The notes: generated from the sequence alone by a model not told the origin. 64,000 nucleotides of DNA from an uncultured cyanobacterium (GCA_963718615.1 OY970368.1:4224001-4288000); one strand, 5' to 3'; shown: positions 31,191 to 41,181, counted from the stretch's first letter. Translations and numbers: made by a program.

Positions 31191-31896
31191 AGGCTGCTCC
31201 AGGGGAAGGGTCCAGACATCCTAGCCGCGTAGGCTGTTGATAGATACGCCTGAGTGTATTGAGATCTCGGGGAGAAAGGGAAGGGGGCTGACTCACCTGG
31301 GCGCTATAGAGGGCGTCAGTGGGTTCGGGACTGTGGCCCCAAAGTCCGAGAGCATGACCAAGCTCATGGCGAGCGGTGCCGCGTAGTTGAAGGGGGCCTT
31401 GGCGATCGCCCAAGAAAATCGTCTGCTGGTGCCGCCAGCATTTTTCCCCGGTGGCGGTTTGGGCGGCAAAAATCCGATAGCGGGTTTCTGCATGGCGGGC
31501 CCGAGGGGTTCCCTCCGGCTTCCATTTTAGGGGAGGTTGCCGACGCAAAATCTGAATATTGGCTGATTCGGCCTGGGAAATGCGGATTAAAGGCAAGTAG
31601 GGGGACCAGTCGGCGATCGCCCCGTCCACCGCTGTCTGCCAAGCAGCTTGCTGGCTTTGGGCATTGGGCAGTCGGGGGCCTGGAGTGGGAGGGTCGACGT
31701 AAACCGTTACGGGAAATTCAGACCAGAGTAAATAGCCGTACTCGCTGGGGAGGATTGCCTCAAAGTAATCGTCGGATGGAGTTTGGGGTGATGGGGTTTG
31801 GGGGGGCGTTTTGGCACTTGAGGAAGCGGCAAAAAAAACTAGCAGAAGGGCGATCGCCCCCAGACCCCAGCCAATACGTTGCCAAACCTGCTGCAC
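31162..31896 (-). CDS. matrixin-like (M10) zinc metallopeptidase
   Basis: HELGHALGLWGHS (HExxHxxGxxH); signal peptide. Confidence 0.85.
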   Translation of the reverse strand: MQQVWQRIGWGLGAIALLLVFFAASSSAKTPPQTPSPQTPSDDYFEAILPSEYGYLLWSEFPVTVYVDPPTPGPRLPNAQSQQAAWQTAVDGAIADWSPYLPLIRISQAESANIQILRRQPPLKWKPEGTPRARHAETRYRIFAAQTATGEKCWRHQQTIFLGDRQGPLQLRGTARHELGHALGLWGHSPEPTDALYSAQVSQPPSLSPRDLNTLRRIYQQPTRLGCLDPSPGAAYGSREPIAP

Positions 31897-32163
31897 CTAG
31901 CTTGCGGATCCCCCGAAACTGCTCAGGAGCGCTGTCAGGCCAAATCGAGGTGACGACAGCACAATCGTCAAACTAATAAAAACGGCAAATAGCGTCCAAG
32001 TGATCCGATTGAGTGCAGTCTCGGCACTTTTGGTGCTGGTAAAAAGCTGAGCTTGGCCGCCAATACCGCCAATGCCGTCACCTTTGGGACTGTGGAGCAA
32101 AATAAAAATAATGAGGCCAAGTGCGGCCCCCAACCAAACGGCTTCCAAAACGTTGTTGAGCAT
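31897..32163 (-). CDS. secG: preprotein translocase subunit SecG
   Basis: LLHSPKGDGIGGIGG motif, two TM helices. Confidence 0.95.
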   Translation of the reverse strand: MLNNVLEAVWLGAALGLIIFILLHSPKGDGIGGIGGQAQLFTSTKSAETALNRITWTLFAVFISLTIVLSSPRFGLTALLSSFGGSAS

Positions 32164-32209
32164 GACAAAAAACGTACAGACTTAGAAGACAATAACCAGC
32201 TTACTGGAG

Positions 32210-33820
32210 TTAGAGCGAGAGGCGTACAGGGGTGCGGCTGGGCTTCAGCTCTACCTCGACCGGCAAAATCATCGATCGTCCCGTCATTTCAACGGGCTGG
32301 GGCAGTTGCAAAATTTCCAAAATCGTCGGCGCAATATCTGCTAAGCGGCCATCTTCCCGCAGCCGCACATTAGTGCCATGACCCGGAATCTTGCGGCCTT
32401 CCCCCTCTACCAAAATAAAGGGGACTAAATTGGAGGTGTGAGCGGTCCAGGGATTGCCATCCTCGTCGCGCATGTATTCGGCGTTGCCGTGGTCCGCTGT
32501 GATAATGGCCGTACCGCCCACGGCGGCGATCGCCTGCAGCAAGCGCCCCAAACAGCGATCGACGACCTCAATGGCTTCGATCGCGGCCCCCATATTGCCT
32601 GTATGCCCCACCATATCGGGGTTGGCATAGTTCATAACAATCAGCGCATACTCTTGACGATTGAGCGCCTCGATCACCGCCTGGGTGAGCCTGTCGGCTG
32701 ACATGGCCGGGGCGCGATCGTAGGTCGCTACCTGGGGACTGGGAATGAGCTGTTGGTCTTGGCCCTTAAATTGCTTTTCGACCCCGCCATCAAAAAAGTA
32801 GGTGACGTGGGGATATTTTTCGGTCTCCGCTGCTCTAAACTGCTTGAGTCCTTGCTTTGAGACTACTTCACCTAGGATGTTTTCATAGGTTTGCGGTGCA
32901 AAGGCCACCTGGACGGGCAGGGTCTCGTCGTACTGCGTAAAGGTAACGAATCCTAAGGAGGGGATCAGCGTCCGTTCAAATCCCTTGAAATTGGGATCCA
33001 CAAAGGCCGCCGTTAGCTGCCTTGCCCGATCCGGTCTGAAATTAAAGAAAATGACGCCATCTCCCGGTTCTATCGCCCCCGGAGCCAAGCGCAGCGGCTG
33101 TACAAACTCATCAGTATGGCCTTCGTCATAGGCGGCTTGCAGGGCTTCCAGGGCTGACTGACCACACCCCGGACCCTCTTGAATCATCACTTCATAGGCC
33201 TTTTGGGTTCGATCCCAGCGGTGGTCTCGGTCCATGGCGTAGTAGCGGCCCGAAAGGGTCACCATGCGACCTATTCCCACTTTCTCGATATGGGTTTGGA
33301 TCGCGCGGAGAGCGTCAGCCGCTGCGGTTGGTTTGGTATCTCGACCATCGGTAATCACATGGAGACAAACATCCCCCATGCCTTCGGTTTTAGCCAGATC
33401 CATCAGGCCAAAGAGGTGGCTAAGATGGGAGTGGACGCCGCCATCAGAACACAAACCGACCAAATGCAATTTGCCATGGCGGGCGCGTACCGTTTGGCAG
33501 AGTTTCACCAGTTGAGGATTGTGGATCAGTGAACCATCTTCAACGGCATCTGAAATGCGCACTAATTCTTGAGAAACAATCCGGCCTGCACCAATGTTGA
33601 GGTGCCCCACTTCGGAATTGCCCATTTGGCCTTCGGGTAAGCCCACATCTTTGCCAGAAGCTCGAATTAAAGTATGCGGATAGGCTTGCCAAAGGCTATC
33701 CACAACAGGGCTATTTGCCTCTAAAATGGCGTTTCCATCTGAGTCTTCTCGATATCCCCAGCCATCCAAGATGATTAATACCACTGGGGAAATGGAAGAG
33801 GAAGAGGCAGGATTTGCCAT
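32210..33820 (-). CDS. gpmI: 2,3-bisphosphoglycerate-independent phosphoglycerate mutase
   Basis: ILDGWG, MGNSEVGH, NPDMVGHTG and ADHGNAE motifs. Confidence 0.98.
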   Translation of the reverse strand: MANPASSSSISPVVLIILDGWGYREDSDGNAILEANSPVVDSLWQAYPHTLIRASGKDVGLPEGQMGNSEVGHLNIGAGRIVSQELVRISDAVEDGSLIHNPQLVKLCQTVRARHGKLHLVGLCSDGGVHSHLSHLFGLMDLAKTEGMGDVCLHVITDGRDTKPTAAADALRAIQTHIEKVGIGRMVTLSGRYYAMDRDHRWDRTQKAYEVMIQEGPGCGQSALEALQAAYDEGHTDEFVQPLRLAPGAIEPGDGVIFFNFRPDRARQLTAAFVDPNFKGFERTLIPSLGFVTFTQYDETLPVQVAFAPQTYENILGEVVSKQGLKQFRAAETEKYPHVTYFFDGGVEKQFKGQDQQLIPSPQVATYDRAPAMSADRLTQAVIEALNRQEYALIVMNYANPDMVGHTGNMGAAIEAIEVVDRCLGRLLQAIAAVGGTAIITADHGNAEYMRDEDGNPWTAHTSNLVPFILVEGEGRKIPGHGTNVRLREDGRLADIAPTILEILQLPQPVEMTGRSMILPVEVELKPSRTPVRLSL

Positions 33821-34051
33821 AGGTCTACAGTCTCTCTTCTATCTGCGACTTCAAAACGTAACAATGACACGTTTTACTGGGGCGATCATATCACTGCTTT
33901 TTCGGAAATCGGGCCTGGAAGGGGATAGCCTTGACGGGATCACAAGTTTTTTGATTGATGCTTAATGAAAGAGATAATTTCTTCAAATAGAAATTAAGAA
34001 ATTCCCCGGAGGCGATCGCCTAACTTCCCAGCTAATCCTCAAGGCTAAGCC

Positions 34052-34321
34052 TCAAAAGGCTTGAATCCATTCTCGAATTTCATACTGGGTCCAAATGCCA
34101 TTTTTCCAGTAGGGATCATTCTCAACCAACTGACGAACCGTCGCTTCATCGGGGGCTTCGTAGATACCAAAAACCATGGTGGTGTCTTGGGTTGGCCCCA
34201 GGGTGATCAATGTGCCAGCCGCTTTTTGTTGGGCGAGGCCATCAAGATGAGCTTGGCGAAAGGGAGCGCGTTTTTCGAGGACATTCTCGCAATAACTGCC
34301 CCACATGACGTATTTAGGCAT
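34052..34321 (-). CDS. YciI family protein
   Basis: RAPFRQAHL and ENDPYWKNG motifs. Confidence 0.88.
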   Translation of the reverse strand: MPKYVMWGSYCENVLEKRAPFRQAHLDGLAQQKAAGTLITLGPTQDTTMVFGIYEAPDEATVRQLVENDPYWKNGIWTQYEIREWIQAF

Positions 34322-34324
34322 GGC

Positions 34325-35143
34325 TCAACAAGGGCTCCTGAGACTAGGGCTTGAGACGGCAGCTTTGAGCTGTTGGCAAAATTGCTCCACTTCGGCGACG
34401 GGATCCGCCGCTTCTGATTCTCCGAGACGTTTGACAAAGGCACTCCCTACGATAACCGCATCAGCTCCCCAGGCTTGCATCTGCCGAGCCTGCTCTGGCC
34501 CGGAGATGCCGAACCCTACACCAATGGGTTTATCGGTGATCTGGCGAAGCTGGGCGAGCAATGCCTGGACGCGATCCTGGACGGCGGTGCGCATGCCTGT
34601 GACACCCGTAACGCTGACGAGATAAATAAAGCCTTGGGACTGACGGGCGATCGCCTCAATCCGCTCCGCCGAACTCGTAGGGGCCACCAATAAAATCAAA
34701 TCTATTCCCCGCTGGGCCGTGGCCTGCAAGAGCCGATCTGCTTCTTCGAGAGGTAAATCGGGGACGACCAACCCTTGAACGCCGACCGCCGCCACCGCAT
34801 CAAGGAAGGCATCAATGCCCCGGTTCAAGATGGGGTTGTAGTAGGTAAACAAAACAATCGGAGCCTGAAGCTTGGGGGTGAGCCGTTCCAGCATGGCCAA
34901 AACATCATCGAGGCGGGTTCCTTGGCTCAGGGCACGGGTTGCAGCCGCCTGGATCACCGGACCATCCGCGAGGGGATCCGAATAGGGAACCCCGAGTTCA
35001 ATAATGTCTGCCCCATTGCTATCCAGCGCCAGCAGCGCCTGCTCCGTGGTGGCGAGGTCCGGATCCCCGGCGGTGATAAATGGGATTAGAGCACATTGAT
35101 GGTGCGATCGCAGGGCTGCAAAGCGCTCAGCAATTACGGTCAT
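34325..35143 (-). CDS. trpA: tryptophan synthase alpha chain
   Basis: [23 protein letters not shown] and VGSA motifs. Confidence 0.98.
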   Translation of the reverse strand: MTVIAERFAALRSHHQCALIPFITAGDPDLATTEQALLALDSNGADIIELGVPYSDPLADGPVIQAAATRALSQGTRLDDVLAMLERLTPKLQAPIVLFTYYNPILNRGIDAFLDAVAAVGVQGLVVPDLPLEEADRLLQATAQRGIDLILLVAPTSSAERIEAIARQSQGFIYLVSVTGVTGMRTAVQDRVQALLAQLRQITDKPIGVGFGISGPEQARQMQAWGADAVIVGSAFVKRLGESEAADPVAEVEQFCQQLKAAVSSPSLRSPC

Positions 35144-35224
35144 GAAGATTCTCGACAGACAATTCTTGACAGATAGTTTTTGACAGTCAGCAGTTCAGAC
35201 AGCCCTCATCTTATCGGAGTATGG

Positions 35225-35569
35225 TTAGGATTCTTCAGGCTGTGATGCTGGCGGCTGTGATGCTTGCCGCTGCCGCTCCGCCTCCACCTCGACTTCAAGC
35301 TGAGCCAATTCCTCCGGCGACATTTCCGCCAAGCGCTTTTGGAAAACCGCGTCTTCGTAATCCTGGAGCTGCTGGTTATAGGTCATGGTTTTGGTCAACG
35401 CCCGAGCCAGATAGGTCGCTAACCAGACCAAAACGACTCCAACAAGCAGTGCTTGACTCCAGATCCCGGCGTTGATCTGATCCAGCCCTACCCTCAAAAA
35501 TACCCCATAGACTAGCGCCCCCAGACCCAACAGGCCCAGGCCAATCGACAACACATCAAGTCTGCGCAT
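35225..35569 (-). CDS. DUF3007 family protein
   Basis: MRRLDVL...MTYNQQLQDYE; conserved ndhL-DUF3007-trpA gene order. Confidence 0.85.
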   Translation of the reverse strand: MRRLDVLSIGLGLLGLGALVYGVFLRVGLDQINAGIWSQALLVGVVLVWLATYLARALTKTMTYNQQLQDYEDAVFQKRLAEMSPEELAQLEVEVEAERQRQASQPPASQPEES

Positions 35570-35622
35570 GCTGGCTTCCCGTAACACCCATAATACTCGT
35601 GACAATGGATCCGTTGAGCGGA

Positions 35623-35835
35623 CTATTCTTCAATGGTCCGAGGCTGGGGCCGCAGATTCAAAAAAGGGCTCAGGAGCAAAAGACCCGGAAAAAACAAAAA
35701 GACGAAAAAGTACATGATCAACCGCTCGATGGAGCCTGCCACATACCAGCGTTTTTGCAAATAGACATAGATCCCTGCTGGAACAACGAGCAGAAACGCC
35801 CCCGCGAGGGCGAGATACAACAGTGCAACAACCAT
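35623..35835 (-). CDS. ndhL: NDH-1 subunit L
   Basis: [35 protein letters not shown]. Confidence 0.95.
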   Translation of the reverse strand: MVVALLYLALAGAFLLVVPAGIYVYLQKRWYVAGSIERLIMYFFVFLFFPGLLLLSPFLNLRPQPRTIEE

Positions 35836-36086
35836 AGATTCTATTGGGAGGTTTAATCGGGACTCTAGCAGCCTTAGGAGGATTATGGTCTATCCTGCTG
35901 GTCTTTATCTTACCGAAAATCACCGTAAAGCCCCTGGCTTCAGACATGGGGATATAAGGCGAGCGACCAAAGGGAGCAACTGGATGATGACGCTGCTGCG
36001 AGAATATTTTGACATGGTACTCTTGCATTAGTGGCGGGTAACCAACCACTTTAAAAACCCAATCGCCTCACGGCTGATGCTGCACC

Positions 36087-36359
36087 TTGACAAGTGAATC
36101 TATCGGGTTCTACTGCATAGTTCTAGTTCTTTCCCTCGCAGTGGGTAAAAGATTCAGAGGAGCTAGACGACCAGTATTTGGAACAGCGATTTGCTTGTTT
36201 CATCTGAAAAAAGGACTCGCACAAGCGCGAATAGGGTAGGGCATACCCGAATTAACGCTCCTGGAGAGTCCCACCTCTAGGTGGAGCACTGCAAGGTCCT
36301 TCATCTAAGTGGTCTCGCTGAAAGGAGAATCCCCTTGCTTTAGCTATGGGGAGTGTCAA
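36087..36359 (+). mobile_element. non-autonomous IS200/IS605-family (tnpB-derived) element with omegaRNA-like scaffold and right end
   Basis: Right end AGAATCCCCTTGCTTTAGCTATGGGGAGTGTCAA; TnpB C-terminal remnants LKKGLAQA and RVGHTRINAPGESHL*; candidate TAM TTGAC at 36087-36091 (left boundary uncertain). Confidence 0.72.
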
Positions 36360-36463
36360 TGAATCCCCTGCCCCAAAACCGTTTCTCTCTTGCAGAAAAT
36401 CCCCCTTCCGTGGTGGAATAAACAGATGTAAGAGCAGTTACACCGGATCACCGGGACTGTTTC

Positions 36464-36827
36464 GGGGGCGTGGCGGAATGGTAGACGCTGCGGACTTAGA
36501 CAAACTGAGCCTCAGGGGAGAAATCCCGTGAGTGGAAGCTCTCAAACTCAGGGAAACCTAAATTCAATCCACTGAACTCCATTGGATTGGACATGGCAAT
36601 CCTGAGCCAAGCCGAAGTAAGCTGCCTGTCGCATTTACTTCGGAAGGTGCAGAGGCCCGACGGGAGCTACCCTAACGGCGATCGCGATCGCGACCGGTCC
36701 GAGGGTAAAGGGAGGGTCCAATTCTCAAAGCCTAGGAATTTTAGTTTCGAGGCAACGGTGAAAGCCGTGGGAGGATGAAAATCCGCTGACCTAAACAGTC
36801 GTGAGGGTTCAAGTCCCTCCGCCCCCA
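36464..36827 (+). tRNA. trnL: tRNA-Leu(UAA) interrupted by a group I intron (exons 36464-36497 and 36778-36827)
   Basis: GGGGGCGTGGCGGAATGGTAGACGCTGCGGACTT ... AAAATCCGC...GGTTCAAGTCCCTCCGCCCCCA. Confidence 0.96.
36498..36777 (+). ncRNA. group I self-splicing intron (cyanobacterial/plastid trnL type)
   Basis: Core elements CTCAAACTCAGGGAAACC, GGCAATCCTGAGCCAAG, GGTGCAGAGGCCCGACGG, AAAGGGAGGGTCC; terminal G at the 3' splice site. Confidence 0.95.
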
Positions 36828-37162
36828 TCTATCTCTATCGCCTCATTTGTGTCTGTCTTTGTAACTTTGCCTTCCCCGAATTGGGGGTGTAGGTTGCAAA
36901 TAACACGGATGCGCAGATGCGGGAAAGGCGGAAAAATATGTGGTTTATAGCCTAGGTCTCATTGCAAAGCCCTGCTAGAATAAGGCTCCAAAGCGGTCAT
37001 CTAGCACCTCGTCCCCCAAAGGCAAGGTTCCCTCTGTTCCGTTTTTTGTGTGTTGCGGGTTACTTAAACGCCGTGGCCGCTCTATCCGACTAAACCGATC
37101 GCCCGTTCTTAATCTTCGTCCGTAAGATGAATGGTTCGATATAGCGTGATTTCGAGCACATC

Positions 37163-38722
37163 ATGAAGGGAGACCAGCCCGGATCGCAGCAGCAGGGTGC
37201 GGAGGATAGAAGCCTGCTTTATTCCCGGAGCCAAGAACTCTCAATGGCTCAGGATGTACTCTATGGATTTTTGCTTGACTTTGTTAAAACGGCTTCGCCT
37301 GACGAAGTGTTGGACCAATTTCGACAAATTTTTATTCATCAAGTTGAAGTTCGTAATCAGCAAGTTCTTCAGGCAATTTACGAAATTGTGCTGACGAACG
37401 ATCGCCAGTCTTTTTTCTATACCCTCAAACGCTGCTGTTTTATTCTGATTAATAATTGGGGCTCTCGTCGGGTCTATGAACCGATTCAACAGCTCATCGA
37501 AAATATTAACGATAGCGCGATTTATCAGTTTACCTATTCTCGCAATCTCAAAAAGCTCAGAAGTTGGCTAGTCGCATTTGTTAAAAGTAAGGATTATGAA
37601 GAGCTTAAGGTTTTTGCTGAGCGTTATGGGGATGCAAAAGGCCGCTGGAGTCATCGCTATACGTCCTATCTTTTAGTTCCCCAATATTCGGATCAGCGTA
37701 ATCCCATCGAGCAACGTCGAGCGGCCCAGGAACTGGCTAAACAGTTGCGCGATCGCTTCCGATTTGATCTCGCCATGTATGTGGCCCATTCTCAGGTTAA
37801 CCCTCGAACTGCGAGCGTTGGATCTCAGGAAGCCCAGCGTAGTCCGGCTAAGAACCCTACGCATTTGGGCGATAATGTCCTGCGACTGATCAAAATGATC
37901 GTTTTGCGCCGTGGGAAATATAGCTATGAGAATCTAGCTCGACTTTTTGTGGCTCAAACCTCCGAAGTTTCCTACAAAAAATATAAGAATGCGCTGCTCA
38001 AATATCTGGTTTTTTCGGTTGATAATCAGGGATTTGTGCAGATTTTTATGCAGCGATTGTCGGAGAAATTGGAAGCCCTCTATGACGATCGCGATCGCCA
38101 AAGGGCAGACGAAGAACTGACGTTTTATACCTGCAATCGTGTCATTGAGTTTTTAACAACAGAAGACGAAGAAACGCCTACGCCTTTATTTAATTTACTG
38201 ATTTCTCAAGGGGGACCCTTAACGTTAGTGGTGGTGCTGTTGAAACTGGTTTTGATCGCGCCTAAAACCCGCAATCGATTGGAATATTGCATCGCTAAAC
38301 TTATTCACCATTATGAAGGATTTTCCTCTGAGGAATGTCATTGGTTTATCAACTTTTTAGAGGTGTTTAGCGTGACGTTTGCCATCTATGTCGAAGATGT
38401 GCAGTACGATCTGGTTCGCATTTCCAGCGATGGACAAACGGTTTCTCGCAAGCAGCCTCGCACAAAGTCTCAAGATTTAGAAAAGATCCTGGATGATTAC
38501 CGGATTTTTTCGCAGCATCGCTCACCGCTGCGCCCTACAGCCCTTGAACAAACCGCCGAGAAGGCCCAAGAGATTCAATCTAATCTGAATCGTTTAGCCC
38601 AGAAATCCGGTTCGAATGCTGCGGCTAAGTCTCCCCTGCCTGGACAGCCGCTCCAGCACCCAGATCCGCCGAAGCCCTCCCCTGCGGATCACGAAGATGA
38701 CGATGGCTATCTACGACCCTAA
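37163..38722 (+). CDS. conserved cyanobacterial hypothetical protein
   Basis: 519-aa open frame; FFYTLKRCCFILINNW and KNPTHLGD patterns. Confidence 0.8.
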   Translation: MKGDQPGSQQQGAEDRSLLYSRSQELSMAQDVLYGFLLDFVKTASPDEVLDQFRQIFIHQVEVRNQQVLQAIYEIVLTNDRQSFFYTLKRCCFILINNWGSRRVYEPIQQLIENINDSAIYQFTYSRNLKKLRSWLVAFVKSKDYEELKVFAERYGDAKGRWSHRYTSYLLVPQYSDQRNPIEQRRAAQELAKQLRDRFRFDLAMYVAHSQVNPRTASVGSQEAQRSPAKNPTHLGDNVLRLIKMIVLRRGKYSYENLARLFVAQTSEVSYKKYKNALLKYLVFSVDNQGFVQIFMQRLSEKLEALYDDRDRQRADEELTFYTCNRVIEFLTTEDEETPTPLFNLLISQGGPLTLVVVLLKLVLIAPKTRNRLEYCIAKLIHHYEGFSSEECHWFINFLEVFSVTFAIYVEDVQYDLVRISSDGQTVSRKQPRTKSQDLEKILDDYRIFSQHRSPLRPTALEQTAEKAQEIQSNLNRLAQKSGSNAAAKSPLPGQPLQHPDPPKPSPADHEDDDGYLRP

Positions 38723-39708
38723 GGACGGGCGGCGATCGCCCCTAATCCTTCTGCGAAAGTGCTGATCAAGCGATAACAGGCTACGGCTCCAAGGATGATG
38801 GCCGGGGGAAGTTGACCCTGGAGGAGGGCGATCGCCGTCGCTTCAAAGACGCCGATACCGCCGGGGGCTCCTGGAACCACTAGTCCTAAAACCCAAGCGA
38901 GGCTAAATGCGCTGAGAATCGCAGGAATTTGCGCGATGGTCGGGATCGTCAACGCCATCAGCGCCAGTAAAAAGCCCAAGGCCCGCAGCCCCACAAACCC
39001 CACTTCTCCAAGCAAGGGTTTGAGCGGATAACGGGCAAGTTGAACCGTTGTCTCAGAAGACGGATTGGGGGACAAGCTTGGGGACAAGTTGGAGGACAAG
39101 TTTGCGGATGTACGCCGACTGAGAGCCTTGAGTTTGCCTTGGGCAAGGCGCTTGAGCAGGGGATTGAGCCAGCGGGGATGAATGGCCATGAGTAATGCCC
39201 CCAATCCCACATATTGCAGCGGTGAGAAAAAATAGCTGACGCTGGCCAGAAGTAACGCCGCCGCCGCCATGAGTAGGGGTTCTAGGACAATACTCAACAG
39301 CGCCGCTGCCGAGGGAATACCGCGCTGGCGGGACGCCTGGAGCCGTCCGTAGAAATGCCAAATATTGCCGGGTAAGTATTTGGCGATGTTGGTGCGGAGA
39401 TAGGTGGCGATCGCCCACCGCGCCGTCTGCGGATGGCCGCAATCCCGCAAGAGCCAGCCCCACACCCAACCCGACCACCCTTGGGCAATCAGGGTCACCA
39501 ACATGGCCGCCCCCAGTAACTGCACTCCAGTGGGCGTTAGCCGCAGTGCCAAAACCTCTTGCCAATGGTCTTTCAGGGTTTTGCTCAAGAAAAACAGCGT
39601 CAGGCCCAGAATCACCCATCGCAAATAGGGTTTAAGCGGTTTGAGCGGTTTGAGCCACGCGGGAGCGTTGGCGGTTTCCACCGGCGGAAGTGGGTTAGAG
39701 TCAGTCAT
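38719..39708 (-). CDS. lysylphosphatidylglycerol synthase TM domain (UPF0104) flippase-like protein
   Basis: KYLPGNIWH and PGAPGGIGVFE motifs. Confidence 0.85.
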   Translation of the reverse strand: MTDSNPLPPVETANAPAWLKPLKPLKPYLRWVILGLTLFFLSKTLKDHWQEVLALRLTPTGVQLLGAAMLVTLIAQGWSGWVWGWLLRDCGHPQTARWAIATYLRTNIAKYLPGNIWHFYGRLQASRQRGIPSAAALLSIVLEPLLMAAAALLLASVSYFFSPLQYVGLGALLMAIHPRWLNPLLKRLAQGKLKALSRRTSANLSSNLSPSLSPNPSSETTVQLARYPLKPLLGEVGFVGLRALGFLLALMALTIPTIAQIPAILSAFSLAWVLGLVVPGAPGGIGVFEATAIALLQGQLPPAIILGAVACYRLISTFAEGLGAIAARP

Positions 39709-41053
39709 CGCAGTTAGGCAAGCGCTGCTGGTACCAAGCCTGCAAGGCTAGCCGATGCAATTCTTGCCAAGGACGCTGATGCTCATGGGCCAGCCGAGCA
39801 CAGTCTTCGTATTCAGGGTGGACATTGAGGGGCTGGGTTGGATCCGCAGCCCAAGCTACCTTAACGCGAATGGGGCCATAGGGCGTCGAGACTGTGGTGT
39901 GGGACCGTGCCAAAAGAAACCGCTCCTGCTGCCGATAGCGAATGCCCAACGTCGTCGTCTCTCGAAACAAAATTTCGGTACAGCGCTCAACCTGCTCCGC
40001 CCGACACAAGACCGTCAGTAGCGTTCCTGGACGGTTTTTTTTCATGGCGATCGCCCCCGTAAACACATCCAAGGCCCCCGCCGCGAGCAGCAGCTCAAAT
40101 ACGTAGCCGATCGCCTGGGGGGAGAGATCATCGAGCTGGGTTTCTAGGAGGGTGAGGGTTTCGGTTTTGGGGGTGAGGGGGTGAGGGAGTAAGGGGGTGA
40201 TGGGGTGATGGGGGGGAGGGGTTTGGGTGAGGGGTAAGGGGTTTCCTGACTGTTCGCCGATCCAGATTCGCAGGATATTGGGAATGGGTAAGGTAATGCT
40301 GCCTGCGCCGAGGCCGATTTTTTGCAATTGCATGGAGGGGGGGGGGCCGAAGCGATCGGCGGCAAGGACGGTGGCGATCGCGGCCCCGGTTGGTGTCACC
40401 AGTTCCCGTGCCATGGCGGGGTCTGCATGTCCGTAGATCGGGACCTGCCCCAGCTCAAACAGCTTCAGTACCGCTGGAGCCGGTACCGGTAACCGTCCAT
40501 GGGCCGCCCGCACGGTTCCTCCGCCGGTGGGCAGCGCTGAGCAAAAAACCTGGTCGATGCCCAACCAATCTAGGCCGAGACAGGTGCCGACAATGTCGGC
40601 GATCGCATCCGTAGCGCCCACCTCATGGAAATGGACCTGATTAATCTCGGTGCCATGGACCGCTGCCTCGGCGACCGCCAACCGCTGAAAAATTTCCAAA
40701 CTCCAAGTCTCAACCCGTTCGGGCAGATGGGCGTTTTGAATTAACTGGGTGATTTCGGGCAGATGGCGATGGGGGGAATGGGACTGTTCGCCATTGGATA
40801 GCGATGGCGTTTGCACTGGCGTTTGCACTGGCGTTTGCACTGGCGTTTGTAAGTGCACATCCACCTGGGTTGCCGCTTGGCCATTCCGTTGGACCGAGGT
40901 CGCAATTAATTCGTATTCCTGTTTTATCCCGAGCAAGTCCAACTGTTCTTGGATATAGCCCAAAGGAACCCCCAAATTGACCAAGGCTCCCAAACACATA
41001 TCCCCCGCAATCCCGGTTGGGCAGTCAAGGTAGGCAATCTTCGTCACAGACAA
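39701..41053 (-). CDS. larC: nickel pincer cofactor biosynthesis protein LarC
   Basis: GIAGDMCLGAL, VHFHEVGATDAIAD, ELVTPTGAA, ETTTLGIR and PEYED motifs. Confidence 0.93.
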   Translation of the reverse strand: MSVTKIAYLDCPTGIAGDMCLGALVNLGVPLGYIQEQLDLLGIKQEYELIATSVQRNGQAATQVDVHLQTPVQTPVQTPVQTPSLSNGEQSHSPHRHLPEITQLIQNAHLPERVETWSLEIFQRLAVAEAAVHGTEINQVHFHEVGATDAIADIVGTCLGLDWLGIDQVFCSALPTGGGTVRAAHGRLPVPAPAVLKLFELGQVPIYGHADPAMARELVTPTGAAIATVLAADRFGPPPSMQLQKIGLGAGSITLPIPNILRIWIGEQSGNPLPLTQTPPPHHPITPLLPHPLTPKTETLTLLETQLDDLSPQAIGYVFELLLAAGALDVFTGAIAMKKNRPGTLLTVLCRAEQVERCTEILFRETTTLGIRYRQQERFLLARSHTTVSTPYGPIRVKVAWAADPTQPLNVHPEYEDCARLAHEHQRPWQELHRLALQAWYQQRLPNCDD

Positions 41054-41090
41054 GGCTCACAGATAATGGGCAGATCGAGTAATTTCTTCC

Positions 41091-41181
41091 ATACTAGGAC
41101 TCAATACTGGGACTCAAAGCTAGGACTCAATACTTGGACTCAATACTTGGACCCAATGCTGGGACCCAATGCTGGGACTCA
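41091..41181. repeat. 13-bp tandem repeat x7, consensus ATACTGGGACTCA
   Basis: Units start at 41091, 41104, 41117, 41130, 41143, 41156 and 41169. Confidence 0.93.

Noticed and set aside
36346-36778. Short ORFs over the tRNA and intron (possible homing endonuclease)
   Set aside because: The intron is only 280 nt and has no endonuclease motifs; the ORFs overlap structural RNA.
41091-41181. 13-bp array as a CRISPR or mini-array
   Set aside because: Units are directly adjacent with no unique spacers.
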